A stretch of 63,628 nt of DNA, filler included. It is 6 parts of 6 records of this genome, joined end to end, with 100 filler letters (N's around TTAATTAATTAA, not from the genome) between each part and the next. Parts side by side here need not be neighbours in the genome. Positions count along the whole stretch, not along the records: positions 41,300 to 51,996 come from SRR2962707_2783; positions 52,097 to 57,339 come from SRR2962707_2794; positions 57,440 to 63,628 come from SRR2962707_2799; 3 more parts are not named here. One strand, given 5' to 3'. The notes beneath the pieces are model-generated. The model was not told where the DNA came from, did no database searches, and saw nothing but the letters and a program-made list of their open reading frames with translations. Both the position numbers and the translations under genes were made by a program. Below are positions 46,761 through 57,468 of this stretch, piece by piece (the first letter of the stretch is position 1; each line of letters opens with the position of its first letter).

Positions 46761-47854
46761 TCCTGCATTTCTATTTCGCGCGCCGTTTCCTAACCGGCTT
46801 TGTGCTGATCTCGGCGGTGCTGTTTGCGCTGTTGGTGTTGGTCGATATGGTCGAACAGGCCCGCAGATTTGGCAGCTACGACATCGGTTGGCAGCGCATT
46901 TTCGGGCTGACCATGTTAAACACCCCCGCGACCATGAACCTGATTTTGCCATTGATCATGATTTTGGCGACGGTCGTTTTGTTTCTATCCCTCGCGCGGT
47001 CTTCCGAACTGGTCGTGACCCGTGCTGCGGGGCGGTCGGCGCTTAGCGCGTTGCAGGCCCCTGTTATGGTGGCATTTATCATCGGGGTCATGGCGGTTGG
47101 CATGTTGAACCCGATCGTGGCCGCCACGGCAAAACGCTATGTGCAAGTGTCCGAGAACATCCGCGCGGGCGGTGCGTCGGCCCTGTCGATCAGCCACGAA
47201 GGATTGTGGCTGCGTCAGGGTGGCGAGCAAGGGCAAACCGTGATCCGTGCGTGGCGGTCCAACGCCGATGCGTCGGTGTTGTATGATGTGACGTTCATTT
47301 CCTATGCCCCCGACGGCGGCCCCATTCGCCGGATCGAGGCAACCAGTGCCGAGCTGGAAGAGAATTCATGGGTGCTGACTGGCGCAAAATCATGGCCGCT
47401 CGAGGTCGGGGTGAACGCCGAAGGCAATGCCGAATTCTTCGAGACACTGACATTGCCGTCTAACCTGACGCTGGACCGTATCCGCGAAAGCATCAGTGAT
47501 CCGGGTGCCGTGTCGATCTATGATCTGCCCGAATTTATCAGCCAGCTTGAACAGGCCGGGTTTTCGCCCCGCCGCCACAAGGTCTGGCTTCAGACCGAAT
47601 TGGCCCGCCCGTTCTTCCTTGTGGCGATGGTTCTTGTTGCGAGCGCATTCACCATGCGCCATACGAGGTTCGGAGGCACAGGCGTTGCCGTGTTGGCATC
47701 AGTTCTGTTGGGGTTTGGCTTGTATTTCATTCGCAGCTTTGCACAAATTTTAGGGGAAAACGGGCAGATCCCGGTGATCCTCGCGGCATGGGCACCGCCG
47801 GTGGCGTCGATCCTGTTGGCCCTTGGTTTGCTGCTCCATGCGGAGGATGGCTGA
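46757..47854 (+). CDS. lptG: LPS export permease LptG
   Basis: LARSSELVVTRAAG, LWLRQ, LAAWAP, LLHAEDG. Confidence 0.88.
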   Translation: MILHFYFARRFLTGFVLISAVLFALLVLVDMVEQARRFGSYDIGWQRIFGLTMLNTPATMNLILPLIMILATVVLFLSLARSSELVVTRAAGRSALSALQAPVMVAFIIGVMAVGMLNPIVAATAKRYVQVSENIRAGGASALSISHEGLWLRQGGEQGQTVIRAWRSNADASVLYDVTFISYAPDGGPIRRIEATSAELEENSWVLTGAKSWPLEVGVNAEGNAEFFETLTLPSNLTLDRIRESISDPGAVSIYDLPEFISQLEQAGFSPRRHKVWLQTELARPFFLVAMVLVASAFTMRHTRFGGTGVAVLASVLLGFGLYFIRSFAQILGENGQIPVILAAWAPPVASILLALGLLLHAEDG

Positions 47855-49973
47855 TATGCGGCGGTTTATCCTGGCGCTTTGCTTGCTGCTTCCCCTGCCC
47901 GCAACGGCGCAAAACCTTGGTGAACGGCCTGCGGTTCTGGTGGCTGACGACTTGTTGATCACCCGCGACCGGGTGTTGATCGCCCGCGGCAACGTCGAGG
48001 CATTCCAAGGCGACACCCGCATTCGCGCCAAATCAATCAGCTATGATGAACAGACCGGCGCGCTGACCATCGAGGGGCCTATTGTGCTGACCGATGGTGC
48101 GGGATCGGTGATCTTGGCTGACGCTGCCGAACTGGACAGCAGTTTGCAAAATGGTCTTTTGACCGGCGCGCGTATGGTGATGAACCAACAGGTGCAATTG
48201 GCCGCCGTGCAGATCGACCGCGTCGACGGGCGTTATAGCCAGCTTTATAAAACTGCCGTAACGTCTTGTAAAATATGCGAAGATGGCGAAGTTCCCTTGT
48301 GGAAGATCCGGGCGCGTCGGGTCATCCATGACGAGGTCGGGCAGCAGCTTTATTTCGATGATGCGACGTTTCACATCAAAAACGTTCCGGTCTTTCACCT
48401 GCCCCGTTTGCGGATGCCGGACCCGACGCTTGACCGTGCGACCGGGTTTCTGACGCCCTCAATTCGGACCACGTCGCAATTGGGCACGGGCCTTAAGATA
48501 CCGTATTTCATCAAGCTGGGCGACAGCCGTGACCTGACCTTGGCACCTTATCTGTCGACCGCGACGCGGACGCTTGAATTCAGGTACCGGCAGGCGTTCG
48601 TTGGCGGCAATATTTCATTCGAAGGGGCCTATACCCGCGATGATGAGATCCCCGATACGAACCGCGGCTATCTGGATTGGCAAGGCGCGTTTGATCTGCG
48701 GCGCGATTACAAACTAAGCTTCAACATCAAGATCGTCAGCGACGAGGCATATTTTACCGAATACGGCTATCTCGACGAAGACCGTTTGCGCAGCGATATC
48801 ACCGTCAGCCGCGCACGGCGTGACAGCTATGTACGGGCCAGTCTGTATAACTTTGAAACCCTGCGCGACGGCGAGATCAATTCGACCCTGCCGACCCTCG
48901 TGATCGACGGCGAATTCGAGCGCCGCTTTTTCCCCAAGTCGGTCGGGGGCGAGGTTCGGTTTTCGCTTGAGGCCCACAGCCACCAACGCAGTTCCACAGT
49001 GGATGTGATCGGCCGGGACGTGGCGCGGATCAATGGCAAGCTTGAATATCTGCGGCGGTTCACCCACCAAAGCGGGCTGGTGACGGATGCGCGTGCCGGC
49101 CTGGGCTTTAACGCGTTTGATATCACCCAAGACACGACATATTCGCAAAACCATACCGATCTGGTGCCCTCTGCATCCGTTGGCCTAAGCTATCCTATGG
49201 TGCGCCGCGGGGCGGGTGGCGTGACGCAGATGCTGACGCCTCTGGCGCAAGTCGGATGGACTGGGGGGGAACGTCTGGACATCCCTAACGAGGAAAGCAC
49301 ACGGGTCGAGTTTGATCAGGGCAACCTGCTGAGCCTGTCACGTTTTCCCAGCTCTGACCGGCAGGAACGGGGTACTGTCACCGCCGTGGGGATGAACTGG
49401 TCACGCTTTGACCCGCAGGGGTGGGATACGCATATTGCCGTGGGTCAGGTGTTCCGGTCGGTCTTTGATAGCGATTTCACCAATTCGTCAGGCCTGTCCG
49501 GCACCAAATCCAACATCCTGCTGGCCGGGCAAATCCGCAACCACGCCGGTTTGTCGCTTACCGCGCGCACCCTGTTTGACAACAACTTTGAGGTATCCAA
49601 GACAGAGCTGCGCGGCGATCTGGGCTTTCGGAACGTCACCCTTGGCGGCACATATGTCTGGCTTGAAGCAGATGCAGCCGAAGACCGCACCGAACCCGTG
49701 TCAGAAATTTCACTGGATGGGTCCTATGATTTTCGCAATCATTGGACCGCCAGCGCCGACGTCCGCTATGACGTCGATAATGACCGTGCTGCGACGGCGG
49801 GTCTTGGCCTGACCTATAACAATGAATGCGTCAGCGTCGACCTTTCCGTCCGCCGGCGCTATACCTCATCAACAAGTGTTGAGCCCTCGACGGATATCGG
49901 GTTTAACATCGGCCTGCGGGGCTTTTCGGCCTCCAACGGAAAAGAAAGATATGTGCGATCATGTGGGATGTAA
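47847..49973 (+). CDS. lptD: LPS assembly outer-membrane protein LptD
   Basis: TSCKIC, PDPTLDRATGFL, PNEES, YNNEC; beta-barrel pattern; start 47847 or 47856. Confidence 0.9.
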   Translation: MADMRRFILALCLLLPLPATAQNLGERPAVLVADDLLITRDRVLIARGNVEAFQGDTRIRAKSISYDEQTGALTIEGPIVLTDGAGSVILADAAELDSSLQNGLLTGARMVMNQQVQLAAVQIDRVDGRYSQLYKTAVTSCKICEDGEVPLWKIRARRVIHDEVGQQLYFDDATFHIKNVPVFHLPRLRMPDPTLDRATGFLTPSIRTTSQLGTGLKIPYFIKLGDSRDLTLAPYLSTATRTLEFRYRQAFVGGNISFEGAYTRDDEIPDTNRGYLDWQGAFDLRRDYKLSFNIKIVSDEAYFTEYGYLDEDRLRSDITVSRARRDSYVRASLYNFETLRDGEINSTLPTLVIDGEFERRFFPKSVGGEVRFSLEAHSHQRSSTVDVIGRDVARINGKLEYLRRFTHQSGLVTDARAGLGFNAFDITQDTTYSQNHTDLVPSASVGLSYPMVRRGAGGVTQMLTPLAQVGWTGGERLDIPNEESTRVEFDQGNLLSLSRFPSSDRQERGTVTAVGMNWSRFDPQGWDTHIAVGQVFRSVFDSDFTNSSGLSGTKSNILLAGQIRNHAGLSLTARTLFDNNFEVSKTELRGDLGFRNVTLGGTYVWLEADAAEDRTEPVSEISLDGSYDFRNHWTASADVRYDVDNDRAATAGLGLTYNNECVSVDLSVRRRYTSSTSVEPSTDIGFNIGLRGFSASNGKERYVRSCGM

Positions 49974-49978
49974 CTAAG

Positions 49979-51196
49979 ATGAACCTGAACCGTCTGACAC
50001 GCCGCGTTGCGATTGTTGGCCTTGCGGTCATGACAGCCGCACCCGTGCTTGCGCAGAACCTCTATGCGCCGGTGGCCAAGGTGAACCAATCCGTTGTGAC
50101 CGAATTCGAAGTCCAGCAGCGTCAACGTTTCTTGCAACTGCTGAATGCGCCGGGTGCCACCCGCGAAGGGGTGATCGACGCCTTGATCGACGAACGTGTG
50201 CGCAACGAAGCGGTGGCCGATGCGGGGATCGAACTGACCCCCGAAGGCATCGATGAAAGCCTCGCTGAATTCGCAGGCCGCGCCAATCTAAGCACAGCCG
50301 AGTTTACCAAGGCGCTTGGTCAGGCCGGCGTGTCCCCCGAGACATTTCGTGATTTTGTGGTGAATTCCATCGGCTGGCGTGAATTGGTCCGGGCGCGTTA
50401 TGCGTCGCGGGTGCAGATCACCGATGCCGAAATCGACCGTGCGCTTGGCACCGCAAATAACAGCGGCGTGCGCGTGCTGGTGTCCGAGATCATTATTCCG
50501 GCCCCACCTGAAAACGCGGCGCGGGTAAATGCGTTGGCTGAACAAATCTCGCAGTCCCGTTCGGTGTCCGAGTTTTCGAACTATGCCACCCAGTATTCCG
50601 CAACCGCCTCGCGCGGTCGCGGCGGTCGTTTGGGCTGGCAAGACCTGTCCTTGCTGCCGCCCAGCATCCAGCCGCTGATCCTGGGCCTTGCCCCGGGCGA
50701 GGTTACTGCACCCCTGCCGATCCCGAATGCCGTTGCCCTGTTCCAGCTGCGCGATATCCAGGAAACCGGCAGCCCGACCAACAACTATTCGTCGATTGAA
50801 TATGCTGCCTATTATTTACCCGGTGGCCGCAGTCCGGAAACATTGGCACAAGCTGCGAAAATTGCCGCCCGTATCGACAACTGCAACGATCTTTACGGAG
50901 AAGCACAGGGCCAGCCCGCCGAGGTGCTTGAGCGCGCCACCAAGGCCCCCGCCGACATCCCCCAAGACGTCGCGATTGAACTGTCCAAGCTGGACGCGGG
51001 CGAAGTGTCGACGGCGCTGACCCGCTCCAACGGCCAAACGTTGATGTTCTTGATGATGTGCAGCCGCACCGCTGCCGCCAACCAAGAAGCAAGCCGCGAG
51101 GCCGTGATCAATTCGCTGCGTCAGGAACGTCTGGTGGGCTATGCGGAGCAACTGCTTGAGCAGCTCAAAGCCGACGCGCGTATCGTGCGCAAATGA
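49979..51196 (+). CDS. surA: SurA-type peptidyl-prolyl isomerase chaperone
   Basis: VAKVNQSVVTEFE, GGRLGW, LAPGEVT; lptD-surA-pdxA synteny. Confidence 0.85.
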   Translation: MNLNRLTRRVAIVGLAVMTAAPVLAQNLYAPVAKVNQSVVTEFEVQQRQRFLQLLNAPGATREGVIDALIDERVRNEAVADAGIELTPEGIDESLAEFAGRANLSTAEFTKALGQAGVSPETFRDFVVNSIGWRELVRARYASRVQITDAEIDRALGTANNSGVRVLVSEIIIPAPPENAARVNALAEQISQSRSVSEFSNYATQYSATASRGRGGRLGWQDLSLLPPSIQPLILGLAPGEVTAPLPIPNAVALFQLRDIQETGSPTNNYSSIEYAAYYLPGGRSPETLAQAAKIAARIDNCNDLYGEAQGQPAEVLERATKAPADIPQDVAIELSKLDAGEVSTALTRSNGQTLMFLMMCSRTAAANQEASREAVINSLRQERLVGYAEQLLEQLKADARIVRK

Positions 51197-51996
51197 CCGT
51201 GTCCCGGCCTGTCGTCATCTCGTGCGGTGAACCGGCAGGCATCGGACCAGAGGTTGCAGCCCGTGCATGGGCTGTGCTCGCTGGCGAAGTACCAATGGTC
51301 TGGCTGGGCGACCCGCGTCATTTGCCCGCCGACATCCCCCACCGCGTGATTGATCGTTGCCATCAGGCCTTGGATGTCGGGGCAGATGCCCTGCCCGTGC
51401 TTGCCCATCCTTTCCCCGCCGACAATGTTCTCGGGCAGGCCGTTCCAGCCAATGCCCAAGCGGTGATTGATGTGATCGCACGCGGCGTTGATCTGGTGCG
51501 CGCGGGTGATGCCTGCGCGCTAACCACCGCGCCAATCCATAAAAAGGCGCTCAAGGACGGGGCGAATTTTGCCTATCCGGGCCATACTGAATACCTCGCA
51601 GCGCTTGCCGGTATCGATGATGTGGTGATGATGCTGGCGTCGGATCAATTGCGCGTGGTGCCTGCGACAATCCACATCGCGCTGGATCAGGTCCCGCATG
51701 TTCTGACACCACCCCATCTGCGCCGGGTGATCGAAATTACCGCTGCGGGCCTGAAAAGCCAATTCGGCATTGCCAACCCCAAGATCGCCATCGCGGGCCT
51801 GAACCCGCACGCAGGCGAAGGCGGCACAATGGGCCGTCAGGAAGTCGACTGGATGAACGACCTGGTCACGACCATGCAAGGCGAAGGTTATGATCTGATG
51901 GGTCCGCTGCCCGCCGATACGATGTTTCACGCAGCCGCCCGTGCCCGCTATGACGCCGCAATTGCAATGTATCACGATCAGGCGCTGATCCCGATC
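51193..51996 (+). CDS. pdxA: 4-hydroxythreonine-4-phosphate dehydrogenase, 3'-truncated
   Basis: GEPAGIGPE, TAPIHK, GHTEYL, LNPHAGE, ADTMF, MYHDQALIP. Confidence 0.93.
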
Positions 51997-52096
51997 NNNN
52001 NNNNNNNNNNNNNNNNNNNNNNNNNNNNNNNNNNNNNNNNTTAATTAATTAANNNNNNNNNNNNNNNNNNNNNNNNNNNNNNNNNNNNNNNNNNNN
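51997..52096. other. Artificial contig linker
   Basis: N44-TTAATTAATTAA-N44. Confidence 0.98.
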
Positions 52097-53519
52097 GCGC
52101 TATCACATCACCCGCAAGACGGGCGGTTTAAGCCGGATCATCGAACGCGGTGTCAAAGGCGTTGATTTCCTGCTGCGGTTCTTGCTGTTCTCAATCGGGC
52201 CGCTGATCCTTGAGTTGATATTGATCGGGATCATTCTGACGGTGCTGTTTGATTTCTGGTATCTGCTGGTCGTTGCCGTGACGATCGCGCTTTATGTTTG
52301 GTTCACTTTTGCGGTGACCGAATGGCGCGTCAGGCTGCGCCGTCAGATGAATGACCAAGACACCGATGCCAACCAAAAGGCCATCGATAGTTTGTTGAAC
52401 TACGAAACGGTCAAGTATTTCGGCGCAGAGAACCGCGAGGCGCAACGCTATGATAGCGCGATGGCGGGCTATGAAGAGGCCGCGATTAAGACCAACTATT
52501 CGCTGGCGTTCTTGAACTTTGGCCAGTCCTTGCTGATCACATGTGGTTTGGTTGGCGTGATGATCATGGCTGCAATTGGTGTGCAGAATGGCACGCTGAC
52601 GGTCGGCGATTTCGTTATGGTTAACGCCTATATGGTGCAAATCACCATCCCGTTGAACTTTCTCGGGACGGTGTATCGCGAAATCCGTCAGGCTTTGGTC
52701 GATATGGGGCAAATGTTCACCTTGCTGGATCAACCCGCTGAAATCAAAGACAAACCAGACGCGCGCGATCTTAAGGTCGACGGCGGGCGGATCACTTTGA
52801 AGGACGTGCAGTTTGGCTATGACCCGGATCGTCAGATCCTCAAGGGGATATCGCTTGAGGCCGCACCGGGTGAAATGGTCGCGATTGTCGGATCGACGGG
52901 ATCGGGCAAATCGACCATCGGGCGGCTGTTGTTCCGGTTTTATGATGTGAACGGCGGGGCGTTGTTGATTGACGGCCAAGACGTGCGCGACGTGACCCAA
53001 GATAGCCTGCACAAGGCCATCGGGGTGGTGCCGCAAGATACCGTTCTTTTCAACGATACGATTGGCTATAACATCGGCTATGGCCGCGATAATGCCACCC
53101 AAGCCGAGATCGAGGCCGTGGCAAAAGCGGCGCAAATCCACGACTTTATTCAGCGTTTGCCACACGGATATAACACCGCCGTGGGCGAACGGGGGCTGAA
53201 GCTGTCGGGTGGTGAAAAGCAACGTGTGGGGATCGCCCGCACCTTGCTAAAGGATCCGCCGATTTTGTTGCTGGACGAAGCCACCAGCGCGCTGGACAGC
53301 GAGACAGAACACGAAATTCAAGACGCGCTGCGTCAGGCCGGCAAGGGCCGTACGGTGCTGATGATCGCGCACCGTCTTTCGACTGTCGCCGAAGCCGATC
53401 GAATTGTGGTGCTTGAGCAAGGCGAGATTGTCGAGCAGGGCAGCCATGACGATCTGCTGGCACGCAATGGTCGCTATGCGCAGCTGTGGCAGCGTCAACA
53501 ATCCGAGGATGAGACGTGA
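52097..53519 (+). CDS. Atm1/ABCB7-like ABC transporter (permease + ATPase), 5'-truncated
   Basis: RKTGGLSRIIERG, DSLLNYETVKYF, PLNFLGTVYREI, GSGKST, LSGGEKQR. Confidence 0.9.
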
Positions 53520-53670
53520 TCTAACGGTCTGGTGCACTGCTGCTGGCGAAGTGGGCCTGAAAGAAGTGGCCTTGAAACTTGTCGCCAGCGTGATACGTAA
53601 AACTGTCTCTTGCTGCATTGCAGCAAGACGGTAGTGACGAGACTTAATATCCATCCCAAAAGGATTCCCC

Positions 53671-54879
53671 ATGCAAACCAGCATGCTGCGCACCGCGCTT
53701 ATTCTGGGGCTGATCTGCGTGACCGGCCCTTTCGCCATCGACATGTATCTGCCCGCGCTTCCCGCGATCGAGGCCGCACTTGGGACATCGGTTTCAGGCG
53801 CGCAGCTGACGTTGGTCGCGTATTTTCTGGCTTACGGGGTGTCGCAACTGGTCTATGGCCCGCTGTCTGATCAGATCGGCCGTAAAAAGACGTTGCTGAT
53901 CGGGATGAGCATCTTTGCAGTCGGCTCGGTCATTTGCGCATCCGCGCCCACAATCGAGGTTCTGGTGATTGGCCGTCTGATCCAGGGGATGGGCGGTGCA
54001 ACCGTGATGGTGATCCCGCGCGCGATCATTCGCGACATGTACACCGGCGCACAGGCCACACGGTTGATGGCGACGATTATGCTGGTGATCTCGATTTCAC
54101 CGATGCTGGCCCCCTTGGCGGGCAGTGGCATTGTTGCGGTGGGCAGCTGGCGCGAAATTTTTCTGGTGATGGGAATATTCTCAGGTGTCAGCCTGACCTT
54201 GGCCCAAGCCACACTGCCAGAGACCCTAAAGCAAGAGCGTCGGCGCAAGGTGAACATCAAGGAGCTGTCGCGCAGCTGCGGGATATTGCTGCGTGATCCG
54301 GTTTTTGTGGGCCTGACCTTTATTGCAGGCTTTGGCATGGCCAGCTTTTTCCTTTTCGTGTCCAGCGCGTCCTTCGTCTACACTGGCGAATACGGCCTAA
54401 CGCCGACCCAGTTTTCATTGGCTTTTGCGTTTAACGCGGTCGGGTTTTTTGTCGCCACCCAGATGGCCGGACGTTTGGCCGAAAAATGGGGGCTGGCAAC
54501 ATTGATCGGGCGCGGCGTGATCGGATTTGCGACCTGTGCGACTGTGTTGGCACTGCTTGAGCTGGCGGGTTTCCAAGGTATGTGGCTGCTGCTGATCGGC
54601 TTGTTTCTGGCCTATGCCTGTCTGGGCGTGGTGATCCCGTCGGCCATGGTTGCTGCACTTGACGCCCACGGGCGGCGCGCGGGCATGGCGTCGTCGCTCA
54701 GCGGCAGCATGACCATGCTGACCAGCGCCATTTGCATTGGGCTTTCGACGCCGTTTTTTGACGGGACCGCATTGCCCATGGTTGTCAGTATCGCGCTATG
54801 CGGGCTGGCCGCGGTGGCGCTGGTGATCGTGACCATGCCAAAGCTTCGGCAGCAGCAAATGGAACTTGCTGTCGCCTAA
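53671..54879 (+). CDS. Bcr/CflA family multidrug MFS transporter
   Basis: AIDMYLPALP, GPLSDQIGRK, RAIIRD, PETL. Confidence 0.9.
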   Translation: MQTSMLRTALILGLICVTGPFAIDMYLPALPAIEAALGTSVSGAQLTLVAYFLAYGVSQLVYGPLSDQIGRKKTLLIGMSIFAVGSVICASAPTIEVLVIGRLIQGMGGATVMVIPRAIIRDMYTGAQATRLMATIMLVISISPMLAPLAGSGIVAVGSWREIFLVMGIFSGVSLTLAQATLPETLKQERRRKVNIKELSRSCGILLRDPVFVGLTFIAGFGMASFFLFVSSASFVYTGEYGLTPTQFSLAFAFNAVGFFVATQMAGRLAEKWGLATLIGRGVIGFATCATVLALLELAGFQGMWLLLIGLFLAYACLGVVIPSAMVAALDAHGRRAGMASSLSGSMTMLTSAICIGLSTPFFDGTALPMVVSIALCGLAAVALVIVTMPKLRQQQMELAVA

Positions 54880-54882
54880 GGG

Positions 54883-57339
54883 TTATTCGGCGGCGCGCAG
54901 TTTCGCCAGTCCATCGGCCGGATCGGGGCTGTGCGCCGGTTCGGCGTCATCACCCCAAATCAGGATGCCGGTCTTAAGCCGCTGCGCGTCCTTTTCCAGC
55001 GCCCAGTCCTGTGCTGCCTTACTGGCACGGCCCAGCGACATCTTTGCCAACAACTGCGCCACCCAGCGTGCATAGGTGGTGGCCCACACGCGCAGGGCCA
55101 GCAGCGATGGCGTCACCATCAGCGTCAACACCGTGGCCACGCCAAGGCCGAATACAACGGCTGTCGCCAGCTGTTTCCACCACAGGGCAGTGGGGCTGTC
55201 GATGGTGTAGCCGCCATTGGCGAAATCAAGGCTAAGCCCGAACATCATCGGGGCAAGCCCCGCCATTGTCGTAATGGTGGTCAATAGAACCGGGCGAATA
55301 CGGGCCTGAGCGGTGCGAATAATCGCCTCGATCCGCGGCATGTACTGGCTGAATTCCTGATAGGTATCGATCAGGATGATATTGTTGTTCACCACGATCC
55401 CGGCCAAGGCGACAATCCCTGTGCCGGTCATGATGATCGAAAACGTTTGATCCATCACCAGCATCCCGATCAACACGCCCGTGGTCGACAGAACGACGGC
55501 GATCAGCACCAGAACCGAATTATAGATGCTGTTAAACTGGGCGAGCAAGATGATGAACATCAATCCCAAGGCCGCCGTAAAGGCAGAGCTTAGGAACGCC
55601 TGACTTTCGGCCTGATCCTCTTGATCGCCGGTCCATTCATAGCTGACGCCAGTGGGTAACGGGTTTGTTTCAAGCCATTTGGTGATCTCGGTAATACGTT
55701 CGTTGGCATTGATCGGGATCAGGCGCAGCTGTGCCTTGGCCAGCCCGTCTTGCAGGTCGATATCGGTGGCCGCAACTGTGCGGTCGGTGATCTTGTACCC
55801 CGTGCCATCCAGTGCTGTGATATCCGCATCCGACGCCGCCGGACGCATGGTGGCCAAGGTGATATCCGTCTCTTCGCCGTCGATCACATCAGTCTTCACC
55901 AGCTTGGCCAGACCCACAGAAACACCGGCCTTGATGTCGAGATAGCGCTTTTGCTCGACGCGGTTGATTTCGGCCAATTTGGGGACGGGCATGCGTGTGA
56001 TGAAATTCGACAGGGGGACCAAACCATCAATTGTGCGCACCTTGAGCGTATCAAGGGTGCTGAGCACGCGATCATTTTCAGGTAGGCGGACCCTGATCTC
56101 GATCTCTTCATCCGAGGTATCAACCCGCATGGTGTCCAAAAGCAACCCGCGCGTGACCAGCTGCACCATGGCACCGACTGTCAAAACATCGGCCCCGTAT
56201 TGCCCCGCCTTGGCGACATCCACGTCGATTTGCCAATCAATGCCGGGCAGGGGGCGCGTGTCTTCTACCAAGGTCAGACCGGGGGTTTTGTCAAACTGCG
56301 CGCGCGTCAGTTCGGTCGCGACAATCAGATCGTCAAAGTCGTTGGCCTTTAGTCGCAGATGCACGGGCTTGGCCGATGCCGGACCTCGGGCCTGAGCCAG
56401 AATTTCGATTTTGATGCCGGGGATTTGGCCAAGCTCTTCGGTCAGTTCCGCAATCACAAGATCGCCGTCCAATTCGGGCCGCAGGGCGCGGTCTTCCCAT
56501 GGAATGGTCTCAAGCTGGATCTGGCCGATGCTGTCCTTGGGGGCCTGTGCGCCGCCGGTATTGCTGTCCAGCCCGCCTTCGCCCGCAAAGGCAAATGCCG
56601 TCAACACGCCGGGGTGGTTCAGCACGATCTCTTCGGCCTGCTTCATGATCGCGTCTTTTTCTGTCAAAGACAGGTTGCCCCGGGCCAAGACGTAAACGAT
56701 GGCTTGCTCGGGTTCGGATTCAACAAAGAATTCAACGCCTTTTGAGTTGTTGCTAAAAAAGATCATCGTTGTGCCAACAAAAACAAACACCACACCAATC
56801 ACGACCAGCGGCATCACAGGGTTGCCCGCGATAAATTCGATGACGCGCCCGAATGCCGATCTGCGATAGCCTGCCTTGATGACATCGACGGGCTTGCTAA
56901 ACATCTTGGACGTGACCCATTGGCCACCGCGCCCCATGCGCGTGAACAGCGCGAAAAAGCTGACAAGCCCCAGCATCGCGCCCGATATGCCAACCGACAC
57001 GAGGGCAGCCAGCGCCGCAATGCACAGGAAAACAACGGCAAATGCCGGAATGACAGAGCCGACAATATCCAGCCCGTCCATGGATGCAAATTGCGCCGAC
57101 ATCACCCCGAACAAGGGTTGTGCCAATGCCATCGGAATGGCCACCATGACAAAAGCCACCGGAAACAGCAGCAAATGCAGGTACAGGCGCAGGTTCGCGA
57201 TGGCTGTCATGTTATCGGCCATCCAGCGTTCAAGCCGCCCTGTCACGCCGCCCAGAACGGGCAGATAAACCAAGGCAACCACCAAGGATGCGGACAGAAC
57301 GAAAATCAACGTGACCGGCAACATGCCCATGAATTGCCC
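54883..57339 (-). CDS. AcrB/AcrD/AcrF RND permease, 5'-truncated
   Basis: ILLAQFNS, LAGIVVNNNIILID, RIRPVLLTTITT. Confidence 0.88.
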   Translation of the reverse strand, partial: GQFMGMLPVTLIFVLSASLVVALVYLPVLGGVTGRLERWMADNMTAIANLRLYLHLLLFPVAFVMVAIPMALAQPLFGVMSAQFASMDGLDIVGSVIPAFAVVFLCIAALAALVSVGISGAMLGLVSFFALFTRMGRGGQWVTSKMFSKPVDVIKAGYRRSAFGRVIEFIAGNPVMPLVVIGVVFVFVGTTMIFFSNNSKGVEFFVESEPEQAIVYVLARGNLSLTEKDAIMKQAEEIVLNHPGVLTAFAFAGEGGLDSNTGGAQAPKDSIGQIQLETIPWEDRALRPELDGDLVIAELTEELGQIPGIKIEILAQARGPASAKPVHLRLKANDFDDLIVATELTRAQFDKTPGLTLVEDTRPLPGIDWQIDVDVAKAGQYGADVLTVGAMVQLVTRGLLLDTMRVDTSDEEIEIRVRLPENDRVLSTLDTLKVRTIDGLVPLSNFITRMPVPKLAEINRVEQKRYLDIKAGVSVGLAKLVKTDVIDGEETDITLATMRPAASDADITALDGTGYKITDRTVAATDIDLQDGLAKAQLRLIPINANERITEITKWLETNPLPTGVSYEWTGDQEDQAESQAFLSSAFTAALGLMFIILLAQFNSIYNSVLVLIAVVLSTTGVLIGMLVMDQTFSIIMTGTGIVALAGIVVNNNIILIDTYQEFSQYMPRIEAIIRTAQARIRPVLLTTITTMAGLAPMMFGLSLDFANGGYTIDSPTALWWKQLATAVVFGLGVATVLTLMVTPSLLALRVWATTYARWVAQLLAKMSLGRASKAAQDWALEKDAQRLKTGILIWGDDAEPAHSPDPADGLAKLRAAE

Positions 57340-57439
57340 NNNNNNNNNNNNNNNNNNNNNNNNNNNNNNNNNNNNNNNNNNNNTTAATTAATTAANNNNN
57401 NNNNNNNNNNNNNNNNNNNNNNNNNNNNNNNNNNNNNNN
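57340..57439. other. Artificial contig linker
   Basis: N44-TTAATTAATTAA-N44. Confidence 0.98.
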
Positions 57440-57467
57440 TCACTCACTCACTCACTCACCCACTCAC
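57440..57467 (+). repeat. (TCAC)n microsatellite at contig start
   Basis: TCACTCACTCACTCACTCACCCACTCAC. Confidence 0.8.
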
Positions 57468-57468
57468 A

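Noticed and set aside
41300-51996. holC-pepA-lptFGD-surA-pdxA block
   Set aside because: Ordinary conserved alphaproteobacterial housekeeping synteny; nothing unusual seen
6225-57439. Five repeats of TTAATTAATTAA within N runs
   Set aside because: Identical 100-nt artificial spacers with six-frame stops; not biological repeats, CRISPR or att sites
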